Shown here piece by piece: positions 39,006 through 52,446 of a stretch of 64,000 bases of DNA. Below the pieces are notes generated by a model. That model searched no databases, was not told the DNA's origin, and saw only the letters and a list, made by a program, of their open reading frames with translations. Origin of the DNA: Ruditapes philippinarum (lineage: Eukaryota); assembly GCF_026571515.1 (NCBI RefSeq), contig NW_026864029.1, forward strand, positions 1-64,000, given 5' to 3'. Within the stretch, counting starts at the first letter, position 1. Each line of letters starts with the position of its first letter. A program made the translations under genes and the position numbers.

Positions 39006-40361
39006 TCAAGTTGAACACAGTGATCCAGGCTTCGTCGTCAACTTTGTAAGGAGACTGCACCTCATTTTTAGTATGATAGACGTTCCATGAGACACTGTAT
39101 TTACAGGTCTTAGAATGCTGACTGAAAAATACAAAGAACGGTACCATGACAATTATGTTTCCAAATGTCTCAACTACAAATAAGTAATACGGGTAAGTTT
39201 TAAGTTTGAGGCGACTTTAGTCATGGACGCCATGAAAACTTGTTTACTGAGTTGTAACAAGTACATGTAATGGGTTAACATCAGACTTTTGTTAACCACC
39301 AATTGTAGTATGTAGAAACAATTATTACGATAACTCGTTGTTTGGTGGGAGAGTTCGGGATGTATTTACGTATTGTATTATGGCACTTTGGTTTGCTATT
39401 TTTCATATTTTATAAACATTGAAAGTTACCATTCTATCATAATAAAGCATGCTGTATGTAATAACTTGTCATCAAGTTATGACGGGCTACTCAAGGCTTG
39501 CATTGCAATGGCAAAAAGTGGAGCAAATTAGAATGTAAAATTTGAAAGCCTCGCCAAACATGACGAAACAAATATATTAATCCAAGATATTATGTCAAGT
39601 TTTACTCTGCTTAAAAAATCGGTAACATTTTACGATATGGTCATACTTCTTTTGCAGCACCTGCATGATCCGCAGCCTATATTCCCTTTATTATCCCCAT
39701 TTGAAAAGATGTTGTGCCGCTTTTCGCACTGGGCTTTTTCTTTGGATACAGAAGGTTTTGTACCCATTTCTTTTTTATCTTCAGCCGTCCATTCATAACA
39801 TTCATACGCCGCTAAAAGATCAAATCAATATTGATTTGAAGGATTTGAAGTTTATCAATAGATAGTTTGAAGCAAAAATGAAATTAAATATTAAATTTGA
39901 ATAAAAAGAAATTGAATTGGTCATTAATGGAAGCTATATTATAACATTAATAATTATGTTGTTATATTTAAAGTGACAACAAACCAAGAAAGAAATATAT
40001 ATCTAAATGGTACAGTTTTATCAATATTATAGATATTTATGGAAAATGTGCCGATAGTAAACCAATCCAATATTTTAAATGTTTATCAAATTATAATTAA
40101 AGGTGGGCAAATCGTTACAAAGCGTATCCCATGAGGAATTGGGCGTTTCACGAACGACGGGCGGCGACTTATTATTATCTTACCCAAAAATTTTCCGTAA
40201 TTGATAATTTAAGAATTATTAAAGAAAGTAGAAAGTTTAGAGTGTTTATTTTTAATACATTGAATAAAAAATGTTTAGAAAATAATATACATACCGTTCG
40301 AACAATGTAGAAAAAGGCTTATGGAACATACCACTTGCAAAATAAAGATCCAAGACTTCAT
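39006..40361 (-). CDS. Small secreted cysteine-rich peptide P3 (115-aa precursor)
   Basis: Exon 1 at 40361-40295: MKSWIFILQVVCSISLFLHCSN. Exon 2 at 39811-39647: AAYECYEWTAEDKKEMGTKPSVSKEKAQCEKRHNIFSNGDNKGNIGCGSCRCCKR. Exon 3 at 39121-39006: ISILRPVNTVSHGTSIILKMRCSLLTKLTTKPGSLCST*. Confidence 0.85.
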
Positions 40362-42635
40362 TTTTTCAGTTATCAGCAAATTAAACAAAAGATAAATACG
40401 CCGCGCTCGGTTGTATTTGCTTTAATGAAAACATCATTTTATAAATTACCTTTTCATAACATGTCGTTATAAAAAATACATCATTCAGCTGTTTGTAAGA
40501 AATGTCAGTCGTACGTATGCATGTTACCAGTTTCTAACCTTTTACCTTTGTACCATAAAGATCTTGAATGTATATCATTTGCATGTTTTTGTTGGTTTTT
40601 TTTGTTCATTTATAAACCATAAATTTTGCTGAAAATAATTATTTAAACAGTAAAAGTTTTAAGTGTTAATTTTCTTTCAACATTTTTGCATAATAGACAG
40701 ACAGTAAAAATGTTTAATAATATGATTATGCATATGGCAAATGCCAAAATAAGTAGGACAGTAAACGGTGATTAAACTGTGTATGTATTTATGACAAGTA
40801 AAAGTAGATCCTTTTTGCTTTTTGTTTTGTTTGCCTTTTGATGACCGCGTCAACAAGTAACTGAAGAAATGACATATTAATAGCTTATAACATATCTCAT
40901 TAAAGTCTCTTTCAATTATGAGAACAAACATGAATCGTGTTAATAATCTTTTTGTTACTACATGTAGGTCAGAAACGTTTCAGCAATACGCTCATCTAAG
41001 ATTTTTATCTAACCATCCTGTTACATCTATCATATCTTTTCTTTCAGCACGAGAAATTTTCCACTTTTATGGTGTTATGTATTTTGTTATTTTATTATTT
41101 AATCTGTTTTTATAGCAAATGGTATTTGAATTTATTTGTGGGTCTTTGCTAAGTTGCTTGCATGTGAACCGTATTGAAACAATGATAATAATATTATTAT
41201 AAAAAATTTGGAATTGTGTTGAAAATGCCTGTAATATTTTGATTTCTGGACATTTTGCATAGTTTATCATATAATCATATTAAAGAAAACACACGTAAAG
41301 TCTACGATATCGAATCAACACTCGTACTACAGCTGTTCCTTTTTGTTCGTGGTCACTCATTTTTCCATGAGATTTAAGTCATATTTATAAATTCCAATGG
41401 AGCAAATATAATAATTTGCTTGAGATTCAATCTCGTTTTATATGAAAGGATGTCAGTCGGTCTCAAATAAAAAAAACTACACTTTCAAGCTACAATTCAG
41501 ATTGTATAATCATTTAACAAAAATTCAATTACTATTAAAGGTAGACTATGATCAAATTTGATATTAGAAAACATTGAAAATTGCAACACAGTATCTTTGT
41601 ACATATAAAATAAACATGTTTTAACTTCATACAAAGTATAATGTTCTTGTGGAAATTCTACACACTATATGGGGAGGGGGGGGGGGGTCACAATATGAGT
41701 ATATTGTATTATTAAAAAAAGGGCTGGGTTTTTTTTAGAAAAGACCAACTTTACTTGATCTGTAATAGGGAACGATCGAAGCTTCCAATACACAGTTTAT
41801 TCATTCTTTATTTCAAATTAGACATATTAGGTAAGACTTTAATAGACTTCAATAAATTTCTGTGAATAAAATATTTTACTTAAGGGTGAGCATAGTTTGC
41901 CTTTAAGTGAAATGAGTACTACGCTTCAATGTAAGAAGATATATGTACGTCGGTCAAAACATCAAAGATTGTGAAATGTTGAAACATTATTTCAGTGCCC
42001 AGTGTTATCTTTAGTAGGTCATAATCCTATCATGTTGTAATTAAATACAAGTAGAAATGTGTTCGTATTAAAGTTTGTATGTGGAAATAATAACCTAGAA
42101 GGAAAAAAGGTAAACAAATGGTTTGATTTTGACGAACATAACCACAGGTTGGAGATGGTGAAGCTGGGGTACTCATGCATGCAAATTAACCGAAACAATT
42201 TGTTCTGCCATTTATTTCTATTGCTTCATTATACACTAGCTGCTAGATTGTTGTAAGGTTCTGTTGATACAATTGTATATCTATCATTGTGACAAGTGTG
42301 TCACTTTTAGTTATTGTCTGTTCTTTATGATTATGACAACAAAAGTGAAAACATATAAAGCAGTGGTTATAAAATAAAAAAAGATATTTAAATTGGAATA
42401 TCACTCTAATTGAAAAAAAAGGAGATAAACATTAAACTTGGATGCCGCCTATAGTAGCAAAATGTGCAAAATGTTTAATTTAACATTGAAGACAATATAA
42501 GATTATATTATACTAACGAACCACTGCTTTTATTCTGAATTAGTATTTCATAGAGTTTCAACTCTAAACTTTTCTCAGAGGAATATTATTGTTAAGATTA
42601 CTTTATGCCATTTACTTAGTTTATTTTCAGATACA

Positions 42636-45600
42636 ATGGATCTGTACAAAAGTAGGGTATTAACGGCGTTATACCTTTTCCTTCAAACTGTGATATGCGA
42701 CTACTCTTGTGTGTGCAATTACAATGTTGAAAAAGCGGTATTTCCATCGGTTAGTCAATGCATTCCATGTTTGATTATATAAACCCGTTCCTAATTTGAA
42801 ATAAGAGGTACCATTGCGCCTTGACAACCAAATAACTGAAAATACTGGCATGGGAAATTTGTTGAAAATCGCAGAAATATCATGGAAAAAGCCACATAAT
42901 TAATGCTCCTTAGCAACGGTTTAATCTGTATTCTAATATTAGCATTACTTGTATTAAATACAATGATTATAGAGAACCAGGAAATGCTTTAGAATGTTTT
43001 TAATATATTCTAAATTTAATGATAACTTAAGTCATACGTTACACGAGATTACATTAAATGCTTTTGTTAAGTCGTTTATACTTTAAATAAACAATTACAA
43101 TGTGTTATGTCACTTTCAGAAATCGGAGCAAGCACAGCCAATTGGTTACATGTATGAGTTTGATTGTAAATATCAGATAGGAACTGGTGACAGTGATAAA
43201 GATTGGATAAGTATTGGTTTTGAACACCAAGTAAGTTAATTAAGCTGTAATACTGACTTATAAAATTTGTGACTTAATCTATTATTGCTTTTGCTTTTGC
43301 TCGGGTTTTCAATTTGTAAACTGGTACAATATTTATATATTTTAAACATTGTACCATATACATTTTCTTCTATAAATGCCTGCGATTTCAACGGTTATTG
43401 CTCACCGTGGTAGTCATTGTATATTGACATAGCTGTTGAAACAAAAATGAAATTTTAGATTTTGATTTTTCAGATTGATAAAATGTTTTTGCATGGCATT
43501 TTGCTTAGTTCTATTATTTATAAAGGACAGGACAGTAGATGTCACCATTTACTTTTAAATAACCAGAAAGCTGTAATAGAATAGGAAAGAAATATGACAG
43601 AATTTGTAAAATTGTAAAATTCCTTCCCACCTTTGTAATCATACTAAAGGGAGAAATGTTGATTGAACTATGAATTTTATATGCATGCAATGTAGATTGG
43701 GTATATAAAGAAAGATGGACAGATAATGGTACAGATATGTGCAGGGAGCCGACCTGATGAAGATCTTGGTACGGCTTTTAGATATTACTTGTTACACATT
43801 AAAAGGATGGATATGAATAGGTTTCAATGGAATGTGTACCAAATATTATTTGATGTCAATCGCAAATAGGAATAAGATTTATTAAGAGCATTGTCATACA
43901 ATATTGCACGGAATAAAGGTCAGATATGCAGCTATCAAGAAGACCGATTGCAAACATGTAAATTTACATAATAAATATTGTCATCATACCACACTTGTGC
44001 TTTAACAACGAAAGGAACGGTGATTGGATTTGTGAGTGTTCATGTAACAGAATAGAAGAGCAAGTAAATATATAACGGGTTTATGCACAGTATCAGTCTA
44101 CAACCATAAGGGTAAAAATAAACAAACAGAATGAAACTTACTATAAATATATATGCCAATGTTTGACAGATTCAAAGGATAATTAGATGAAACAACCTTT
44201 TTGGTTTATTATTCCAAATATTCTGAAAATATAGGACAGTTAATAGCACGGATTTAAATACACTACTGACCAGTACTTGATGTTTTACGAATTCAGAAGT
44301 AATTGCAGCAATCGTGCATAACCACCATATGAATACATATGTTCCCTAATTCAAATGTTACTTTTCAGTGTTGAACTCTGCCTAAGTAGGTGTACTTTCC
44401 AGTACCGTCCATAAACGTTCTGTCAAACCGAGTCTGCATTATTTTAGTATCGATGTTTTGGCGTTCTTTATGGATTCTTTTTTTATTTCAACTTAATGTA
44501 ATAAGAAGTAAAGTATTTATAGTTAAGAAACTTGTCATTGTCTTTTTTCTTTCTTTATTTAAGTAACAACAACACCGGCACCACTAACAACAACACATTT
44601 TGTTACATCCTCTACGACTAAATTATCAACTCCAGAAAAGTCAACAGTATCTACTACATTAACAAAGCAAACGTCTACGACAGACCTGCCGACCACATCT
44701 ACCTTACCAACGCTATCTTCTACAGTGTTACCTTCAACAACTTCAGTTACTCCTTCAACGATACCAGCTTCCACGACAATACCGTCAACAACAATTAATT
44801 CGACCAAATTTTCTTTTCCATATTCTTCGTCTACTAGGATACAAACTACCAAACTTTCAACACCTGTTACATCTCCAAATACTGTTTCATCTTCACACAT
44901 GCCACTCTCCACATTAACTAGAGCTTCTACGACAAGAACAACTACACATACGGCCCAAACAAATGCTACAACTTCAAATTCACCTTCAACCTCAACAACC
45001 CAACAGACTACTTTAAAATCAACAACTTTACCACCAATTGTGACCACAACTTTGCGACCAATACAAACAACTATAGGTAACTTCTTGACCCTACTTTGAT
45101 GTTTTAATATAAGTTGAAATATATACATGTATACATTTAAGCCAGCTTAGGGTAGTGATAAAAGTGTTGTTTACAAAACAATAGAGAAAACAGAGTTCCG
45201 CAAAAAAACAAACACCAAATGACCTCATAATTGAAAATGTTGCAGGTTAAGTTTGAGCCTTTTCATACACAGTAGAGGTGATTGCAAGCTACCGTCTACA
45301 CTTCCTCTTGCACCGATTTAATCCAAATCCGATATATATATACAAGTCAATTATGAAAAATATAAATTAATGTGGTCAAGCAACAATTGAAAACAGTGCA
45401 TTTTTTTTACTATGGTATGTTTATTGTGATCCTTTCGTTGCAAACAATAGAAAATAATTCTTCGTTTGATAGTGTAATATATTTTAAACTTACTTCTTTT
45501 TATTTTGTTACTAGAATTTTTACTATATAACTAACAAATGATATCAGAATAAGTTATCAGATATTTCTGAATAGTGAAAACAAAAATCAATACTTTTTAA

Positions 45601-47948
45601 ACAAATGTTATGTAAAACAATGTTGTTAAATATTTGTTTAATGGATTTATCCAATCTCATTAAAATCAAAGCCTAACTGTCGCTCAACAACCTTTCGCTA
45701 GAAAGCGAAGAATTACGGAGCGAAAACGATGATCTGATTTTACTGAGATTGGGATCTATCCTGTCATGAATTAGGAACTTTTATTTGTCACTATAGATGA
45801 ATTAAGGTAGACGGCAGTTTAAAGACTTGTAAGCTGTTTCTGTTGAAAAGATGAAAATATTTGCCGACTAAGCAGCACTTCTAATTTGTATAGGAAATTA
45901 ATGTATTAACGTATCCTAATAATAATTTCAGGTCGTATTCTTGTCAACAGTAAACAGTACAGTCATATATGAAGGCCGTTCAGTAGGTTTCATATTTAAA
46001 TTAAATTAAATTACAAAAAGCTTGTTCTAATCTATATTTCTAGATACAACGCCATCTTGCGCTGTGTTATTGAAAGACGTTATATCTAAAGATAATGCGA
46101 CGCTATTTGCATATGGAGATAAATGTTTAGAACTCCTTTATATACACACCACATGGGTCAATGCTGAGCTAGAGTGTAAACGGAAAGGTGGTCATTTAAT
46201 AGAGATAGATAATTCCATTGAGCAAAGGGTTGTTCACCAAGTTATTGACACCTATTATCATGAATCTGTATGGATAGGCCTTCATGACAGACATCACGAG
46301 GAAAGGTTTGAGTGGACTTCAGGTAAGGTTAACATATATAAAACATTTCAATGAAATCAATTACAAAACAGTACTTTTACCTACCACTATTGTGTCAATG
46401 TACTCTGTCTGAGGCATACTTCTGAAATATGTTTGTTTCTTTGTCATATTTATGTAATCCGATATCTAAATCCAATAAGAAAAACAAATAGAGAAAAGCA
46501 TAATCCCTAATGAAGGCCCAAAACTTCATAATTGAAAATGTTGGAGACACGGTTTGATTGAGCATGTTCATGGACTGCTGTGGTAAATTTAAGCTACCGT
46601 CACTGTCCCGTAGCAATACTAACTAATTCTAATTGTCTAGTTTATCTCATATTTGATATATGAACTTAAAACCTCTTAAAACTACATCCAAAACGAGATT
46701 GTGAAGACATTTATGCACACATCAAATGAGTCAATGTAGAACTCGAGTGTGAATGAGTCATCTGTCATCATTTAGCCCTATTTTCGAATTTCAATTTATT
46801 GTACAGGAAAAGCCGTTGTTTACACTAATTGGTATCCGGGAAGATTAGATCCAAATAACCACTGGACAGAAGATTGCGTTGCCATGGCATTGAATAAATA
46901 TTCCGGCCGATGGGAAGATCGTGACTGTAGTGAGAAAAGGGGCTTCATCTGTCAGTTTGGTAAGTAATACGATACATGTAATTGAAAAAAGTTCGGGTCA
47001 AAAATGAAAATAATTATTTAGCACCATTCATATTAAGTCATTTGAGTTGTATAATGTTTTTCAAAGATGCAAGGCAACTAACAATATCAGCATTATATTC
47101 TCCATTCAGATCACAAATAGCAATTTATTAAATGGGTTCCTGACTACAATGGTACACATATGTTTTATTGTTTTTAAAAAGAAAAGAAAATCTTCGCAAA
47201 CGTTTGTCTAAATTAAATATGCGACAATAGCTTTTGTTTTTATGCCTTACTGCCACACCCACATGCTTTGTTTGTTCTTGTTTTTTTTTCTTTTACACGT
47301 CAGAGATGTATACCGATGCTACTATTAAAACATTTTCTCGCTCGAAATGTTTCCATTCATTCTTGTTCCATATCGAAATGTTTCCATTCATTCTTGTTCC
47401 ATATCGAAATGTTTCCATTCATTCTTGTTCCATATCGAAATGTTTCCATTCATTCTTGTTCCATATCGAAATGTTTCCATTCATTCTTGTTCCATATCGA
47501 AATGTTTCCATTCATTCTTGTTCCATATCGAAATGTTTCCATCCATTCTTGTTCCATATCGAAATTTAAAATCGATAGAACGACAAAGCCAAGTACATGA
47601 GTTCCAATCTAATCCGTGTAAAGTAAATACATGTTTCTCTATATGGACTTTGTTACATTCTTCCTTGATAATCCATTTTAAATTGATAAATGTTTTATTA
47701 TTGATGTTTCGCTATATCAGTTGGTATTGAAGTGTACATTTTTTTCATGATATTTTCCTGATGTCTAATAGAAAGTGTCATATACATTTGCCAACATGAC
47801 GCGAGGTACGTTCCATACTTTTAGGCTGCCGTTTCTTTTACTACAGGAAGTGCACAAGTATGCTTGTAGTAAACAATATTGATGTATCATTTATTTACGT
47901 CTTTTTTCAGGAAGGCACACTCTAAAATTACCAGTCCTGATTGGATAG
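42636..47948 (+). CDS. Secreted C-type lectin E: divergent family member with a long mucin stalk and a single CTLD
   Basis: Exons 42636-42749, 43120-43230, 43696-43768, 44564-45076 (171 Thr/Ser/Pro-rich codons), 46044-46322, 46807-46959, and a probable last exon 47911-47948 (GRHTLKLPVLIG*). The choice of last exon is less certain. Confidence 0.85.
47342..47565. repeat. 31-bp minisatellite, about 7 copies
   Basis: Unit TCGAAATGTTTCCATTCATTCTTGTTCCATA, head-to-tail and nearly perfect. Confidence 0.95.
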
Positions 47949-48544
47949 TTTCAGGAAGATTTGTCACAGACCAACCTAAATGAATCAAAAACAAATATAC
48001 AACTAATGTAACTAAAATTATATTGATGCCCCTATTGTAGTTGTTGTTGTTTTTTTCGAGTTAGATTATCTAACTCTATAATTTTGTTTTAAGTTATTTG
48101 TATTACTAGTTGGTTATATCATACCTATCTCTTTGAAAGGAATAAAAACACTTATATACACCCCTAATAATTATATAGAGCATTGTTAAAACAATAAACA
48201 TAACAGCCCTATCAAAGTTCTGATAACATAATGATCCTTGATAGATCTTTCCCTTACGATGCTGCAACCGGAAGTTATAAGCCATCCGTGCAGTCTGACC
48301 AAGATCTTCGCTAATGGCATACTATTATACATGTTCATCTTAATATCCCAAAATATTAATATTTAATTAATGGATAGTCTCGAAAATTCAAAGATTAGCT
48401 GGTCATTTTAAGACATTCAGCAGGGTAAGGGTTTCAACGAATTCGTAAGTCATATTACAAATAGAAAAATAGTTACCATAATAATGATGATGTGATGGAT
48501 ACCTCTGCTAAAATAATAAAATAATAATCACGGAACTTAGTTAA

Positions 48545-51500
48545 GGTAGCTCGCTACTTTCCGACCGAAATATGACAACATCTCAGATCTTGATGATTTT
48601 TTGTATGCAAACGTATAAATATGTGAGCTGTACTTCTGCAGTATTATTTTATAAATAAACAGCGTTACTATGACGTCAAAGCGCCCTCTATCGGTGGCGG
48701 CAAAATTGCGTCTTTTTTATCAATAAACCGGTCTGTTCTTATCAATTTTCATCCGATTTATTTCATTTTAATTTTATAATGTTCAGTAAATGAATGTCTT
48801 TGTAATGATGTCTTTCTTTAACATTTACTCAATAGTCTGTGATTTTACCTCATTTTTCTCTACGTTCTGACGTCCATATTTGATGCAAATATCGCGCGAT
48901 ATCGCAATAAAGATTGTGTAATAAAAAAAATCAACACGGTGAATTTTGCTATAATTTTCCGAGCGTGTAGTGAGATAGTGAAGGAAAATATTTATGCAAT
49001 AAAAATATAGGGTCAACGCGTAAGATATTTTGCTATTACTGTTTTAAAATAAAATAAAAGGTGAGTGAAACGTAATGATTTTGGTGACGTTAATAGATGT
49101 TGGAGTTCAAATAACAATTTTCTTACGTCAGACATTACGATAGTAAGTATAAACAACACAGGGACTTGATGAAATGTATATTTTTTAAATTGTTGATTAT
49201 TTTCTCATTGAAAGCATGTGCTAGATGAGCACATTTACAATGTTTAATCCGACAATCCCTTTTTAAATACTTTCCTAATTTGCAGGACACTGTCTCATAC
49301 ATCTTTTAATTCTAATTTTATAATGTGATGTTGTTAAAGTGTTATATTATTATATGAATTAACTAGTTTCAGCGCAAAAAATAAGATTCACATATTGCTG
49401 TATCAATGAAGTAAGAATATTAGTTTGCTTATCTTATACCCGTAGAATATTTATTTTACGTTACATTCAGCTTTAAAATCACATAAAGGCAGACGAGCCT
49501 CGGTGTCAAAACACATCGTAAAAATACAATTAAAATAGATATGCATACAAATGTGCCGAAATAAGTGATAAATAAAATTCAAATATGTTAAAGCGACTCC
49601 ACTGAGGTTTTTTGACATGATGGAACTGAAAATATTTTTTCCAGATAAATGTACCATTTGATGTAGGTTTAGACCATTAATCTTTGTGCAAAATTTCAGA
49701 GCATTCGCGCACTTCGTTTTTCCAGAATAATTATTCAAAATGAAAAGCGTTTAAACGCTTTTCACCCAAATCGGGCTAACAAAAGCATAAAAATACGATT
49801 TTCAATTTATTTCAAAGTATATTTCTTAACTATCTTCGCATATATTTCTGTTTAAAGTGCCCCAGCTCATTTATGTAAGAAATTCAAATGTTATGTGTTT
49901 GGCTTTTCAACCTCAGTGGAGTCCCTTTAAGAATATTTAAAAACAAACTGTACAAGAAACAAAAACCTTTATTTTATTTTTATTTTTGCTTACCATTTTT
50001 AAGTCTGTGCAATACATAGATTATATAATTATAATCTAATTAAAATGTCATGATAATTAGAAAATGAGCACTTATGTGACAAACGGAAGCAAAATCATAC
50101 TGAATAAAAAATATATAAGCATATTCGCAACTGCATTACTCAACTCGGATTCATTACCGCTTGTCATAACAGTATAACATAGCGGGCTCAAAGTATTATT
50201 TATTTCTAAAGAGCTCACTACATTTTACCTCTGTAGGGCAACCACTCTAGGCAACAAAGGGCATTTCTCTGTAAAGGTTATACTGTATATTTTAATTAAA
50301 TACAAAATATAATTATTAAATAACTTGTGCAACATTTGTTACCACTGAATACGAATAATGTATTATGTTGACGTTATCTTGTTCATTTTTTAATACAATA
50401 CAGTTTGCTTTAAAACAAAAATAAAAAAACAAGAAAAAAATAAACAACCTCAAAACACACACCAAAACACGTGTTCATGATGTAAACAATAAAGTGAACT
50501 TCTCCCTTATTAAGGGAGATCATAATCAGGTATTTAACTTTGAATATTCTTCTGTTGCCACGTTGTAATCGGTAAAGAGGTCTTACGCAGAATTCGGAAG
50601 GCATGGATTCGAGACACGACTGCGTATTGTACTGCGTATTATCCTTTAGAATTGTTTACTGTGAATGAAATGTTTCAAGGTCCACCTCGGACTCCTGTCA
50701 TTCATTTCCAAAGAGAAGTTGATACTGTGAGAAACACTGGTTTCGTTAAATTTCCTCCGCTATAATTGAAATACTGTTGAAAGCGGCGTTAAACCCAATA
50801 TTAAAAAAAATAAGAAGATATAAAACATAAAATGCATAGTTCATTATTTTGATAGGCTCTACATAGCATTGCATTATGTGCAGACAAACGAGCTTCTCCC
50901 ACAACCATAATCACACAAATTGAGAATCCTACATAATCGCCTTCAGTACAAGGGAATCTGTATTTAATATGCAAAATTCTCCGCTTCTGAACATACAAAA
51001 TAAATCAATGGATCTTTCGCCACTAATCGAGAAATGATCGCGGCTTCAGGTCGCCTCAAAGATGCGCTAGTAAACGCATACCGCGAGTCAGCTAGTTTAA
51101 AATAAATAAGAATATCTGTAATTATATGTGAAATACGTGAGAAATTAAAGCCATAGCATGAGAGCGTGATTCCTGCTTTAAATCTGAGTCCCACGCTTAG
51201 TGCAGGATATTTAGCTGCGAGAGAAAATAGAATAACTGATGGCTGTCAATAAATAAATTTTTATACGTGTAGAAATTTTTGAATTAAATGTCTGCTAGAT
51301 TTTATAATATAATTAAGACTACCAGTGAATCATGACTTACGTACAAATCGTTGCTACTTCCAGTTGATCATATATTTTTGAAACGTAAATTGGATTCATT
51401 TCCTACCAGAGACATAGATGTTATCTATGTCTCTGTTCCTACTAACTGATATAAAAATTATACAATTCAAAATTGTTACATATGATAATATGGAAGTTTG

Positions 51501-52446
51501 TACCGGGATACACATTGCGACTGCACCAGCCTGTTCATTCTCTTTTTCTGACATTCTTTGCAAAATTTGTTTTTATAATTTCCACTTAGGTGACCTTTTA
51601 ATTATATTTTTCAATGTTCTGAATTGTCTTTCAGTACTTGAGGTATTTATATCCATTCGTTGCAGTTTTTCAGAGATTGATACCAACTTTTGCAGACAGT
51701 TTTACCCTGAATTGTTGTACATGTATATATTTGAAGATATTCATCGAAATGCAGGCATCTCTGACAGGACTTTTAAAAAAAACATTTTTACGGAACATGT
51801 CTAAATACTATTGTTGTTAATGGTTTTCACACATTTTTATTCCTGCCAGTATGATATTTATCGAAAAAGTCGTGAAAATTTCCTTGAGAAAAATATTTGA
51901 CGTCACCAAAATCATTACGTTTTACTCACCCTTTATTTTATATTCAAATAGTAATGGCAAAATATCTTACGCGTTGACCCTATATTTTTATTGCATAAAG
52001 ATTTTCTTTAATGACTTCACTACATGTTAAAACAATTATAGCAAAATTCACCGTGTTGATTTTTTATTATTTCACAATCTTTATTGCGATATCGCGCGAT
52101 ATTTGCATCAAATATGGACGTCAGAACGTGAGGGAAAATAACGTAGAATCGCAGAGTATTAAGCAAATGTTCAAGAAAGACATCGTTACAAAAACATACA
52201 TTTACTGAACACTATAAAATTAAAATGAAGGAAATCGGATGAAAATTGATAAGAACAGACCGGTTTATTGATAAAAAAGACGCACTTTCGCCGTCACCGA
52301 TAGAGGGCGCTTTGACGTCATAGTAACGCTGTTTATTTATAAAATAATGCTGCAGAAGTAAAGCTTACATATCTACATGTCTGTATACCAAAAATCATCA
52401 AGATCGGAGATATTGTCAAATTTCGGTCGGAAAGTAGCGAGCTACC
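48545..52446. mobile_element. Non-autonomous DNA transposon with ~550-bp TIRs, Kolobok-like
   Basis: TTAA flanks (48541-48544, 52447-52450) and termini GGTAGCTCGCTACTTTCCGACCGAAA / TTTCGGTCGGAAAGTAGCGAGCTACC. Inverted similarity between 48545-~49095 and ~51897-52446. No transposase seen. Confidence 0.85.
49592..49926. mobile_element. Small TTAA-targeting MITE nested in the large element
   Basis: TIRs AGCGACTCCACTGAGGTT / AACCTCAGTGGAGTCCCT with TTAA on both sides. Confidence 0.8.

Noticed and set aside
44559-45128. Val-rich minus-strand ORFs (also 5437-5619 and 25977-26159) and Asn-rich alternate-frame ORFs
   Set aside because: These are shadows of ACN-rich mucin exons on the + strand.
47342-47565. 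CRISPR-like 31-bp repeats and ORFs in all three frames
   Set aside because: Units are head-to-tail with no spacers, in a eukaryotic intron. The ORFs arise because the 31-bp unit has no stop codon on the + strand.
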